64,000 bases of DNA from positions 236,282,001-236,346,000 of the forward strand of contig OZ024743.1 of assembly GCA_964016885.1 (NCBI GenBank), read 5' to 3'. Position numbers and translations under genes: made by a program. Of this stretch, positions 27,401-40,419 are shown in pieces. This DNA comes from Eledone cirrhosa. Lineage: Eukaryota. A model generated the notes under the pieces. It made no database searches and was not told the DNA's origin. It was given only the letters and a program-made list of their open reading frames with translations. Position 1 is the stretch's first letter. The number at the start of each line of letters is the position of its first letter.

Positions 27401-28479
27401 TAATCAAAAACTCACACCCAGGGATGTCGCTCAGCAGTATCGCAGTGAATCCATGGATGCCTATCAGCAAAAAATCATGCATGGATATGTTGCCAGGAAG
27501 CTCCAGAGTGAGAGTAATATAGATAAGGAAAGTAGTTTATCTTGGACCAACAACCGCTATATTGGCTCCCACTTTGAAGGATACGCTTTTGCAATCCAAG
27601 AACAGGAGATTAGCACGAAATACCTGATTCACAAAAGAGATAGGGATGCAGGCAAAGCACCTAGATGTGATAACAAGTGCAGACTCTGCAGAACTAACAT
27701 CGAGGATATCACCCATGTCATCAGCAGCTGCCCAAAGATGTCATCGCGGTACTATCTACCTATGAGGCATGATGTAGTGGCCAAAACACTGTACAATGCA
27801 GTTCGTAAAAAAGATAGCCCCGATAATAAACACATTAAAAGCTACAACAATGTGGAAGACATCCATGTACATAATATGAAAGAGTACTGGTGGAATGTTC
27901 CAGTAAAATCCCCAATAAAATGCAGGCATAACAGACCAGATATTATGATATGGGACAGGGAGAAGAAAACATGCACAGTAGTGGAAATTAGCTGCCCAGC
28001 AGATGCCAATATAATATCAAAGATTAGTGAAAAGGAGAATATTTATGCAGAACTGATGAGAAATCTGCAGATACTCCACCCTGATTACACCTTCAGATTT
28101 ATGCCTGTGATTATTGGGGCACTGGGATATGTTAGTAACTGCCTCAATACAAATCTTGAGAAGCTAGGCTTCATAGGAACAGAAAGAATACAACTAGTTA
28201 GGAAATTACAAGTACAATCCATTAATGGAACAGTAAAAATATGTAAAACATTCCAAACATTTAGCATCTAATAACTGCATATACACATGTACAGATACAA
28301 AGCATATACACATGCACACATACAATAACATCCATATCTACACATGCATGCATGCAGACATACATACATATCTACCTAGTTGATGTTGTGTTAATTCCAA
28401 TGAGAGAGTCTTGTGTCTATGTTAGAAACCGACTCTCTCTCTATTGGTAAAACTTTGTGAAATTATTTAACCAGAAGAA
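24402..28479 (+). mobile_element. Full-length R4/Dong-clade retrotransposon (family 2, copy B)
   Basis: Co-linear with copy A at an offset of 4447 bp; preceded by (CATA)n. Confidence 0.93.
24619..28271 (+). pseudogene. Disrupted Myb-like/RT/CCHC/RLE polyprotein; C-terminal 612 aa (26433-28271) uninterrupted
   Basis: Frameshift near 24690, stops at 25755 (TGA) and 26388 (TAG); same motifs as copy A. Confidence 0.9.
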
Positions 28480-28485
28480 CATGCA

Positions 28486-28735
28486 TAAAAATATGTAAAA
28501 CATTGCAAAAATTCTGCATCTAATAACTGCATATACACAGATACAAAGGATATGCACATGCACACATACACACCCACACATACAATAACATCCATACCTG
28601 CACACACATGCATGCAGACATACATATTTACCTAGTTGATGTTGTGTAAATTCCAACGAGAGAGTCTTGTGTCTATGTTAGAAACCGACTCTCTCTCTAT
28701 TGGTAAACATTTGTGAAATTATAAAACCAGAAAAA
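28486..28735 (+). mobile_element. Severely 5'-truncated R4 family 2 copy (last codons plus 3' UTR)
   Basis: aaaatatgtaaaacatt...atctaa plus the same 3' UTR; ends in (CATA)n. Confidence 0.85.
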
Positions 28736-29256
28736 CATACATACATACATATATATATATACATACATACCAACATACATAGAAAGATATAGATATATAC
28801 ATATATCAAAGTATATATTGAGTTAGAAACTCAAAATAGTCTCTTACAATTAAATAGCTCGAAGAAAGAAGTTTTTCTGAGCCGGGTAATATAATTGAAT
28901 ATAAAAGAGAGATAAACACAGATATAAACGATGCTATATCTTTTATAGTTTCTAAACTCCATTACATGTTCTCCTATGAATACGATATAATTATTAGTCA
29001 ATATATATTTGTGTCTACACAATATAAATATATCAATAGATGTCAGACCCTCATTAATATTAATAACAACAATAAATATGATTTATTATTGAACATATAT
29101 AAATCAGGATTATACCACCATCTCAATAAATTTCATCTGACATATTGAACTGTATCGTGTCTAATAAATATTAGCTTTCATTCTCTGGAATTCATTATAA
29201 CACCATTTTATCTACGTCACCACTGAAACAGGAATCCGTCTTACTCTTGTTGTCGT

Positions 29257-29323
29257 TCTTCTTCTTCTTCTTCTTCTTCTTCTTCTTCTTCTTCTTCTTC
29301 TTCTTCTTCTTCTTCTTCTTCTT
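29257..29323. repeat. (CTT)n microsatellite
   Basis: Direct inspection. Confidence 0.9.
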
Positions 29324-29529
29324 GAGAGGGTGGTGGGGTCAGTGTCTTCAAACACCCTCTACGACATATAATAATATGAAGGTGTAAATGTTTTGAAGCT
29401 TATATTTTATTTAAATGCTACACTTCGATAATCGAACTCCTGACCATAAACTCGGGAGTCGAACAACCTAACCACTGAACCACATACCTTCACATAGCGA
29501 ATACAGACATATGTTAACGACAGCAACAA

Positions 29530-30160
29530 TTGACTGATAAAATGACAAGTCAGCCAATCATATAGGTGGCCTCCCCATAGCCCCGGCGGGCAGCATGGAG
29601 AAGGCGTTTCCCCGGAGGACGGCAAGGAAGACGCGCTAGAAAAGCCATTCCAACTCGCGAGGCTCACACATACGGCTGGCCAGCTCAGCAGCTATGGTGG
29701 TGAGTAGGGAGGTAGCCCTAGGGCCGAGGACAGAAGTCTCCACTGCTACAAGTAGTCAGCTCTGCACATATGGTAGTGAGTAGGGAGGTAGCCCTAGGGC
29801 CGAGGACACCACAAGTCTCCACTGCCAAAGGTACAACCGCAAATCTGTCAGAGAGCGACCGGTATTTGAAGAGTTTAGCCTCCTCAACCCGACGTGCAGC
29901 AGAACCTGGATTAGTCACAGACTGCACCAAGTTGCGGCTGGAGAAAGTGTCGCTGCAAGTGGCATCCCAGACGAGGGGTCTGCCACCGCGGAACGAGAAG
30001 ATAGTCATACCATCTGACCTTTTGCCGTCCCTCGGTCCAGCCCCACTGGCTCGAGCTGAGAAGGGAAGCCTGCAGCGTCCAAGCCATGCTTTATGACCTC
30101 GTTGAGGGCAGCATGGCGTGGAAGGCGGCCGACACTGAGGCGACAGGAAAGCGGGTGAGG
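29530..30160 (-). mobile_element. CRE-clade retrotransposon 3' fragment with an internal short duplication
   Basis: RHAALN..IK, DGMTIFSFRGGRPLVWDATCSDT, EEAKLFKY, PLAVETCGVLG. Same family as 46955-47212. Confidence 0.85.
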
Positions 30161-30438
30161 CGGAGGAGGGGAGGAAGGGGAGGGGGATATGTATGATTCA
30201 TGGTAGACAGAGTTTTAGAATGTCTTAAATATATAGATTATTGTACATACAACATATGTTCTGTGTTGGTCTAGTTTATTCTTGAACTATATATATATAT
30301 ATACATATATGTGTTTTTAATGGTAGCTATGATGCTTCCATAGGCGGTATGCCAGTTGAGCACTCTATGTTCTACAGAGCAGAGTGTGATATAATATAAA
30401 ACGAAAAATCAGTGATGCATCTGGACTCAGTTTATTGT

Positions 30439-30526
30439 GTGTTACAATTGTTTCGCCGGCAGATAGCTCGAGACACGATCATTGTATGGATCTGGCTGAT
30501 TCTAGATCTGCGGGTTCTTCGTACAC
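30439..30526 (-). ncRNA. Degenerate hammerhead ribozyme
   Basis: Stem I GTGT/ACAC; core ACGAAGA (two changes from CTGAAGA); stem II GCAGAT/ATCTGC; GAA-ACAATTGT palindrome; GUA; AATAAA just downstream. Confidence 0.6.
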
Positions 30527-30598
30527 ATGCAATACTTTCGGAACAAATTTTCTCACTGGGGTGTTAGCTTCAAAAAACATCAATCTTAAAGAATCTTA

Positions 30599-30749
30599 AA
30601 GAATCAATCACGTGACATCGAGGTCAATCAGTGGAAAGTGGTTTGCTAATAAGACAGCGGCCTGCCTGCTACCATAGCAGCAGTCATGGCCAATATTATT
30701 AGCAAACCACTTTCCACTGATTGACCTCGATGTCACGTGATTGATTCTT
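30599..30749. repeat. Perfect inverted repeat of about 54 bp with a spacer of about 43 bp
   Basis: aagaatcaatcacgtgacatcgagg...gctaataa versus its reverse complement. Confidence 0.9.
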
Positions 30750-31020
30750 TTTGAATTTGCCACAGACGCAGAGGCAGTGATTTTCTCAATGGCTAGGAAT
30801 TCAGTCCACGCTTTGCTATTTCCTATCCACTGAATTATTTTTTAATAAGTTTCCAGAGTCCACGCTTTGCCTGGATACTTAGATGAGAATAGTCTTCCCT
30901 GGCGACGGAATGTTTCTCTATGTCTTCTTCGGAAAATATATTTACTCCATTCCAGAAACTAATTTAGTTGGAAGTGATATTTTAGTAAGTAAGTTAATTT
31001 TATAATTTTCTTATTTTACG

Positions 31021-31090
<70 letters not shown>

Positions 31091-31132
31091 CTTCAAAATA
31101 TTAATAAATATAGACATTCATGTGATCAAATA

Positions 31133-31198
31133 TATTTTATTATACATATTTTAGAGATACTGAGCTATTTCAACAGAACGTCCTCATCAGATAAAATA
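31133..31198 (-). ncRNA. Hammerhead ribozyme of the 36.6-kb family with G12 mutated
   Basis: TATTTTAT-CTGATGA...AAAATATGTATA-ATAAAATA; 8-bp stem I; GAAA changed to AAAA. Confidence 0.6.
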
Positions 31199-31551
31199 AG
31201 TTGATGCTTGACATACCTTGACTATGTTGATTGTTATAATTTAGTCATATATATATAAGCAAAAGGGATATTTAATTCAATGATATTAAATAATTGTTTC
31301 TACTTTAGGCACAAGGACAGCAATTACCCAGTGATTTACTGGTACTTTATTTTATCGACCTTTATTTTATCGACCGCGTAAGGATGAAAGGCAAAGTCAA
31401 ATGATATAAATATAGTTTCCATTTATTTAATATCATTGTATATATATTGCAAGAGATGTCGACATGAGTGGACCTGTTATTTTTATCTAAAGACATTTTT
31501 TTTCCAATTACAACCCACCCGCCCCCTCAATCTATCTTATATCTCATTCTT

Positions 31552-31587
31552 TCTTCTGATGAAGGACTAGCGTCCGAAACATTAAGA
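31552..31587 (+). ncRNA. Minimal hammerhead ribozyme (family A)
   Basis: TCTT-CTGATGA-A-GGAC TAGC GTCC-GAAAC ATT-AAGA. The sister copy at 11291 preserves GAAACGTC. Confidence 0.8.
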
Positions 31588-31669
31588 CCCTCTTCCTGCT
31601 AAATCAAGCGTTAACCTAATATATCCATATACTGTACCGGTTGTGTTGTTATTTCTGTTTACCTTTTAC

Positions 31670-31715
<46 letters not shown>

Positions 31716-31739
31716 ATATATATATCTCTATATATAATT

Positions 31740-32640
31740 CTATAGAGGGCTGGTACGCAGCAGGTGCGACGACGCCCTCGGAGAAGCCCTAGACATGGAG
31801 GAGGACGAACTGGCCAGCCTGTTCGGTAGGACATTCAGCCCGGGACCTATAGACAACTTCCAGAAGTCCCTGGCCTGGCAGTGCTACCGAGGGGCTCTTC
31901 CCGTTCGAGAAAAGCTCTACAGACACGGGCGCCCGGGTAGGGACCCCGCCAAAAAGATCTGTCCCAGATGCGTGTGCGACGAGGAAACCGTTGCACCCGC
32001 ATTGGTACACTGCTCGGGCGTAGCCGATCTGTGGGGCTATGTCGAACAACTGCTGTCAAGGGTGGGACCGATCCGGTTGACCACCGAGTCTATTGTAATG
32101 ATCAAGCCGCCTCCCCCCTTCAAAGATGAAGGAGAGGCGGTGTTTCTGTGCGTAATAGCCATGGTGAAAGAAGTTGTATGGTGGACACGTCAGAAAGGAC
32201 TGAGGTCAGGCACCTTTCTCTCTGGCCAACAACTGGTCCGTTTCTTCCGATATCATTTCGGAAGAAGGATCAGGATGGAGAGAGAGGTGCTCCACCCCAG
32301 TCGTTTTTATGAAAGGTGGGTGAAAGTGGCGAGAATGGCTCGTGTAAATGGGCCTTCTCTTTACATAAGCCTGTAGATGGAAAAGAGGAAGGAACGAGGG
32401 AGCACCCCCTCTCTGTGCTCCTGAGGAGAAGGGTTGCACACTTTTTTCGGGGGTGTGTGCGACCCCCCAAGGCGCCTCCTCTCTATTGAGGATTTTGTTA
32501 TAAATTTTATTTTTTGTTATATTTTATTTTATTTTTATATTTTGTTATTGCCTCCTCCTTATTGAGGACGCTTTGTTTTGTAAACTCCCCCCATTGTACT
32601 TGTCCCACTTTTGATGCCCTGGTGGCAAATAAAAGAAACA
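31740..32640 (+). mobile_element. 5'-truncated Tx1/L1-clade LINE 3' end (zf-RVT, ORF ends 32376)
   Basis: SLAWQCYRGALPV...CPRC...EETVAPALVHC; 3' UTR ending AATAAAAGAAA; between (TATC)n and (TC)n(TA)n. Confidence 0.85.
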
Positions 32641-32642
32641 TA

Positions 32643-33220
<578 letters not shown>

Positions 33221-33510
33221 TTTAGTATAGACATGGCTTAGAACTGCAGGAATAGAACTGTTTCATTCGAAGGACATTATCTGGAAGGCCCTGATGAAAC
33301 AGTTTTAGTCATGTAGAAGCTATTTCTATATTAAATTTGATGTTTACACTCTAGTAATGAATCGAGTACTGTACTGTGGTTATCCCCGATTGAACTCTCT
33401 CTCTACACACACACATGCACACATACACATATAAACAAACACACATATATAGAAACAAACATACAAACGCGCACACATATATAAACACACACACACACAC
33501 ACACACACAA

Positions 33511-33551
<41 letters not shown>

Positions 33552-33623
33552 CTTCAGGTTCATATTCAGTGGTGACAGTCAAGTTTGCAATTTTCGTGCA
33601 AACTTGACTGTCACGATTGAATA

Positions 33624-33662
33624 TGAACCTGAAGATTGCGAAAGTATGAAAATACTTGTTCA
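33624..33662 (+). ncRNA. Minimal hammerhead ribozyme
   Basis: TGAAC-CTGAAGA-T-TGC GAAA GTA-T-GAA-AATACT-T-GTTCA; stem III is one change from the palindrome AGTACT. Preceded by an inverted copy of its 5' flank (33549-33637). Confidence 0.7.
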
Positions 33663-33776
33663 ATTAACACTTAAGACTTAATATTCTACCATACTACTTC
33701 ATTATAATATCATTATAAATTTAAAGGATTGTAAATAAAACGAGTAAATCAGACAAAGTTGGAATTCCTTTTATTA

Positions 33777-33840
<64 letters not shown>

Positions 33841-33841
<1 letters not shown>

Positions 33842-33933
33842 ACGAAGGAAATGTGGTAAGGAACCAGGTGGACCATAACGCACCAAAGTACTCAATACTT
33901 GAGGTAGTAGAGTGGTAGTAGAGTGGTAGAGTA

Positions 33934-33935
<2 letters not shown>
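33841..33935 (-). mobile_element. Penelope-like pLTR tail (7725/8190 family) in (TA)n
   Basis: acgaagga.tgtggtaaggaaccaggtggaccataacgcacca shared with 7725 and 8190. Confidence 0.7.
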
Positions 33936-34001
<66 letters not shown>

Positions 34002-34158
34002 ACTCATACACTCACATACATAGCCAATTTAGTGTGAAACCCAATATTAAAACATATTTCTTCCCTTCCACAATTATTTTCTCTCTCCCAAAATATTACG
34101 CCTCTCTCACTGTGTGTGGGTGTGCGCGCGCGAGTGTGTGTGTGTGTGTGTGTTTATA

Positions 34159-34194
<36 letters not shown>

Positions 34195-34430
34195 TATCTG
34201 TATATATATATATAATATATATATACAGATAAACAAGCATATACATACATATATATATACATATATATATACATATATATATACATATATATATATGGAG
34301 GAGGGGAGGTCTGTGTGTGTGTGTGTGTATATATATATATAAAAATATATGGAGGAGAAGGCAATACATTTAAAAACACGATTTACTCCTTACACAGTGT
34401 TTCATCTAAAGTAGAATTACAATACAACAG

Positions 34431-34472
<42 letters not shown>

Positions 34473-34618
34473 ATACTTTGGGAGTGTCATGTTGCCAATA
34501 AGAAACACACGCACCAGTTGCTTTCACTTCAATTTATTATAATAAATTTATAAATTTAAAAATTTATAAATTTCCGGTTGGTTGGTTGGTTCCACAACCA
34601 GATGATTGTTTATATATT

Positions 34619-34661
34619 GTCAAAGTTCTTTCGTCACACATTCTGTGACCTCTTCAGTGAC
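34619..34661 (-). ncRNA. Minimal hammerhead ribozyme
   Basis: Reverse complement GTCA-CTGAAGA-G-GTCACA GAATG TGTGAC-GAA-AGAACT-T-TGAC. Adjoins an inverted repeat of about 80 bp per arm (34656-34820). Confidence 0.8.
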
Positions 34662-34897
34662 TGGGGATTCTTTTCTTTGTTTCTGTGCCTCTCTTTGTCA
34701 AGCGCCATCTCCTACGCCATCTTGTTTTTTGTGTGTGTGCCAACACACACAAAAACAAGATGGCGTAGGACAGAACAAAGGAGAGGCACAAAAAACAAAG
34801 AAAAGAATCCCCAGTCACTTGACCCTCCCAAAGTATAACAATATCGGTTTCAACACACGTTTTCAGATAAAGAATCTTGCTAAACAAATCAGAAACG

Positions 34898-34945
<48 letters not shown>

Positions 34946-35071
34946 ATAAAGCTCATGCACTTAAGACATTTTTGTCTTTAAGGATGTTGCTGGCAGTTCA
35001 ATCAGTACGACAGCAAATCGAAGGTACCCATTAATGGTGTAATTATTCCATATATATATATATACATATAC

Positions 35072-35458
<387 letters not shown>

Positions 35459-35515
35459 TTTAAATTAATAAAGTAATGAATAAACAAAGAAACAGTTCCT
35501 TATATTTAAAAAAAT

Positions 35516-35655
35516 TCATCATTTTACGATCGTTTCTAGGATATATGTGTTAGTGTTGGTATGCATATTCTATAGATCTATGTAAAATATTTATACAAAC
35601 TATCAGAGGGAATATACATACCTACACATATATATGCTGTCTTCAGAAATAATAA
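35516..35655 (-). ncRNA. Hammerhead ribozyme with an extended stem II of about 100 nt
   Basis: 9-bp stem I TTATTATTT/AAATGATGA; CTGAAGA; long hairpin (gtatgtatattc/gaatatgcatac); GAA-ACGATCGT palindrome; GUA. Lies within the inverted repeat 35464-35747. Confidence 0.75.
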
Positions 35656-35885
35656 CATATATATATACCCTAGAAACGATCGTAAAATGATGAATTTTTT
35701 TTAATATAAGGAACTGTTTCTTTGTTTATTCATTACTTTATTAATTTATCTTGACTCTGTTTTCCGTTAATTTTCACCGAAAATAGTTTTTGAATGCATC
35801 TTCTCTTTTCATGATATCCGGATTACATTGAGTTCTTCATACGGATTGCACACTACCGTAAATTTTTGGTAGATTTATCTATCTA

Positions 35886-35961
<76 letters not shown>

Positions 35962-36028
35962 AAAATGAGGGGTTCTTTTTAAATGAAAGAAAAACGAGAT
36001 GTCCTACATCCTACAAGAGTGAAAGTAT

Positions 36029-36400
36029 AAGGAAAAAAGATGAAATCGAAAATGCAACTGGCGTCTTTTTAAGAATATTTATTTGTTTCCTTATATTGTC
36101 ATATTTTCCTCTTTCACGGTGTAGTTTCACCTCCTCATAAAGTGGAGGGTTAGTGGCAGAAGCTTGTCTCTTCCAACACGAGAAAACACCATCAGACCTC
36201 AACTCCTTAAACATGAATAGCTCCCGCGATCCGTTCGAATAGTAGGCCTCACAATCACTGAGAAACTCTCAAAGAGAAAATAACGGCCTTAACATAACTG
36301 ACTCTTCTTCTATGGAGGTGAGAAAAATATGACAATATAAGGAAACAAATAAATATTCTTAAAAAGACTCCAGTTGCATTTTCGATTTCATCTTTTTTCC

Positions 36401-36402
<2 letters not shown>
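36029..36402. repeat. Inverted repeat of about 80 bp with a spacer of about 205 bp, between microsatellites
   Basis: aaggaaaaaagatgaaatcgaaaatgcaactgg... versus its reverse complement at 36320-36402. Confidence 0.85.
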
Positions 36403-36452
<50 letters not shown>

Positions 36453-36586
36453 GTGTGTAAAAGTTCTATTTAAATTGTTGGGATACAACAAGCAAATATT
36501 TTTATAACTGATATAAAGCACTCAATAAATAATTGGAGTAAAAATACGATATTAACAAATGGAAACTATATTTATAAAACCATATT

Positions 36587-36651
36587 TATTTCATTATACA
36601 TATTTCAAGGACACCAAGTTAAATTATGGTGTGCTTTCATCAGATAAAATA
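36587..36651 (-). ncRNA. Hammerhead ribozyme (left arm of a 125-bp inverted repeat)
   Basis: Exact reverse complement of 36751-36815. Confidence 0.8.
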
Positions 36652-36750
36652 TAATATAGATCAGTTTTATATTATCCGGGAGCTTCCAACAGTAATGGTT
36701 GCATTCTTTAAGGGTATGTCAATATTTATTTATAAAACTGATCTATATTA

Positions 36751-36815
36751 TATTTTATCTGATGAAAGCACACCATAATTTAACTTGGTGTCCTTGAAAT
36801 ATGTATAATGAAATA
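36751..36815 (+). ncRNA. Hammerhead ribozyme (right arm of a 125-bp inverted repeat)
   Basis: TATTTTAT-CTGATGA-AAGcACACCA loop TGGTGTcCTT-GAA-ATATGTAT-A-ATGAAATA; 8-bp stem I; AUA cleavage after 36807. Confidence 0.8.
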
Positions 36816-36904
36816 AATATGGTTTTATAAATATAGTTTCCATTTGTTAATATCGTATATATATTGGAAAAAGTGTGAAATCGTTGGTACAGTTAGGTGT
36901 ATTT

Positions 36905-37150
36905 AAAAAAAGGAAAACAATGACTTCACTTGTAGTTCTAAACAGCTTAATTTAATTTTATATTATAATTTTGTAGATCGCCACCAACAAACGCGAGAAA
37001 GTTCTCCAGGAAAGTTAACCAGGAATCTTTAAAAAATCTCCCCACCGAAGTTAACAAAGAACTTACTAGATCTACAAAACCAAACTGTAAAATTATAAAA
37101 TTAAATCAAATTGTTTAGAACTACAAGTGAAGTCATTCTTTTCCTTTTTT
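36905..37150. repeat. Imperfect inverted repeat of about 55 bp
   Basis: aatgacttcacttgtagttctaaaca versus tgtttagaactacaagtgaagtcatt. Confidence 0.8.
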
Positions 37151-37178
37151 TGAATATATATATATATACATATATACA

Positions 37179-37222
<44 letters not shown>

Positions 37223-37743
37223 CAAATGGAAGCCAGTGTCAGTTGGTTGCTGTTGGTGATATTTCTCTGCCAGTAAATTATCAATAACAAAACATATCAA
37301 ATATATCAAATATGTTGTACAATTGCTTAGGGGAGATTAAATTTTATTTCTGATTTTATGATCGGATTGTGTGCTTAAAATAGTAAAGGAATATATTTAT
37401 TGAATAGTGGAAACCTGAGAAAATGTTCCACGCAAGGTAAACATTCCTAATAGGTTAAGTCAACTGTAGAAGATTTTAAATTGATTTTCGTTTACATAAG
37501 AAAAGAAAATATATTTTGGTTATGGGGGATCAGTAGGCGTGACATTTAGAGAGTTAAGACGTTGGATAGAATGATTGGTGATGTTACAGTTCAAATACTG
37601 CCGATATTGATTTTGACTTTAGGGGTCGATAAATAAAGTACCAAGCCAGTAGTCGGTCAATTTTCTCACTTTCTCTCTCTCTCTCTCACTCTATCTCTCT
37701 CTCACACTCACTCTATCTCTCTTTCTCTCACTCACTCTAGCTC

Positions 37744-37856
<113 letters not shown>

Positions 37857-37927
37857 CTATCTATCTACATCTCTCTATCTATCTATCTACTTATCTACCG
37901 ATCTAACTCTCTATCTAACTCTGTCAT

Positions 37928-38050
<123 letters not shown>

Positions 38051-38269
38051 GACGTATTTGGCTGTGATTAGACGTGGAAAGGTTGGACTGTGTCCCTTTG
38101 ATTCCATTAAAAATCTAGAAACCGTTTTTCTTTAAATTATTTAGTCAGGCGGCGAATGGCAAAATCATTAGAACGTCTGATAGAATGATTTGCAGTAGTT
38201 GTTCTGATTATCTGGCCTCTGAGATCAAATTCTATCCAGATCAACTTAGTATTGGACTTGTATTTTATT

Positions 38270-39425
38270 CATTGACCTACTTCTCCGAATTGAGAGATCA
38301 CAGGTTTGATAATATGGGCATGTGGTTAGAATGGGGTTCCTCCGAATTGTCTTTGGAGTAACGTTACTCTATAGAGTGTGTAGCGCGCAGATCAGAGAGT
38401 CACTCCAAGTAGAGCCGTACTTCTCCGAATTGAGAGATCACAGCTCCGATACTATGGACATGTGGTTAGAATATCTCAAGAAAGAATCTTTAGATTGAGA
38501 GATCACAGCTCCGATACGATGGACATGTGGTTAGAATGTCTCAGGAAAGAATCGCTGGACAGATTTGTAGCTCAGAGATCAGAGAGTCACTCCAGGTAGA
38601 GCTGTTACTTCTCCGAATTGAGAGATCACAGCTCTGATACTATGGACATGTGGTTAGAATGTCTCAGGAAAGAATCGCTGGACAGATTTGTAGCTCAGAG
38701 ATCAGAGAGTCACTCCAGGTAGAGCTGCTACTTCTCCGAATTAAGAGATTACAGCTCTGATACTATGGACATGTGGTTAGAATGTCTCAGGAAAGAATCG
38801 CTGGACATATTTGCAGCTCAGAGATCAGAGAGTCACTCCAGGTAGAGCTGTTACTTCTCCGAATTGAGAGATCACAGCTCTAATACTATGGACATGTGGT
38901 TAGAATGTCTCAGGAAAGAATCGCTGGACAGATTTGTAGCTCAGAGATCAGAGAGTCACTCCAGGTAGAGCTGCTACTTCTCCGAATTAAGAGATTACAG
39001 CTCTGATACTATGGACATGTGGTTAGAATGTCTCAGGAAAGAATCGCTGGACAGATTTGTAGCTCAGAGATCAGAGAGTCACTCCAGGTAGAGCTGCTAC
39101 TTCTCCGAATTGAGAGATTACAGCTCTGATACTATGGACATGTGGTTAGAATGTCTCAGGAAAGAATCGCTGGACATATTTGCAGCTCAGAGATCAGAGA
39201 GTCACTCCAGGTAGAGCTGCTACTTCTCCGAATTGAGAGATCACAGCTCTGATACTATGGACATGTGGTTAGAATGTCTCAGGAAAGAATCGCTGGATAG
39301 ATTTTACGGGCAAAACCAAACGGCAGGGGACCGAGGGGCACACGCCGAGCAACATGGTTGGATAAGATCCATGAGCTTGGCTGGTCTTGGAGATCCAGCC
39401 AGATCAGTTGGCGACGGTTGCTTGA
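38270..39425 (+). mobile_element. RTE LINE 3' fragment containing a 123-bp tandem array of about 6.5 units (38495-39303)
   Basis: LLRIERSQL(R/*)YYGHVVRMSQERIAGQI; acttctccgaatt recurs at 38607, 38730, 38853, 38976, 39099 and 39222. Confidence 0.9.
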
Positions 39426-40419
39426 AAAGATTAAAGGCAATGTTGACGTTGGTAGAATTTAAATTCCAAGTGTTTAAATGTAGAATTTAAATTCCAAGCC
39501 GCAAGAAATACCGCCAAGCAATCTATCCGACATTTTAACGACGCAGCCATTTCGCCAGATCTGTTTTTGTCAAGCTATAGTAAAAAGCTAGACGTTATTA
39601 TATAAAATAGCTGATGACCAAACGTAACAAAAAAACTTTACTTATTTATGACAGAGGTTACAGTAATGTAAAACAATATCTCCCTACTGGAAAGGTAGAA
39701 GTTAATCAATATATCAGACAAGAAAAAATTGATGAGAAAGAGAAGCAAATGCTTAAAATAAATAATAAAAATGAAAATAAACTTAAACAGGCAAATACAA
39801 ATGTGAATAAAAGAGGAGAATTTATGCTAATTTAAGCTGTGGTTGTTTTTGACAAAAGACAACAGCTTCTGGATATGTAATCCAATGCTAATTTACAAGT
39901 TGAATGGTTAGGTTTTCTCTGAAGCAACAGCTATTTGATCTGTTGTTTCTATTATTAGCAAAATAACCTTACAGTAAGTTGTATTTCAAAGCCCAATCGA
40001 TTTGTGATGGAAAAATGCTCAAAGAATTCCAATGTTCTCAATTGTTTGGTGGAAAATTCTAGGACATATTTTTGTCTCTCTCTCTCTCTCTATCTATCTT
40101 GCTCCCCCACTCTCTCTCTTCCCTCTCTTTCTTTTTCTCTCTACCTCCCTCTCTCTCTCACTCTTACTCTCTCTCTCCCCTTGCTCTCCCACTCTCTCTC
40201 ATTCACCCCACCTCTCTCTCTCTCACGTGGAATAATTAACTAGTGGAATGAGAGGATGTTATCTGGAAGTTGAGTGTAAGTCTGCTATCATTCTCATCAC
40301 AATGAAAGAATGAAAAGATGAAAGGATGAATGTAGTTGGTAATTTGAGTGGATCGATCAAGAATCATCCACTCAACTAATCATATAGAACGACAGACGGG
40401 CCGATAGATCAATACGCTA

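Noticed and set aside
33231-33315. CTGATGAAAC motif as a hammerhead
   Set aside because: CTGATGA and GAAA overlap with no stem II; only an imperfect hairpin is evident.
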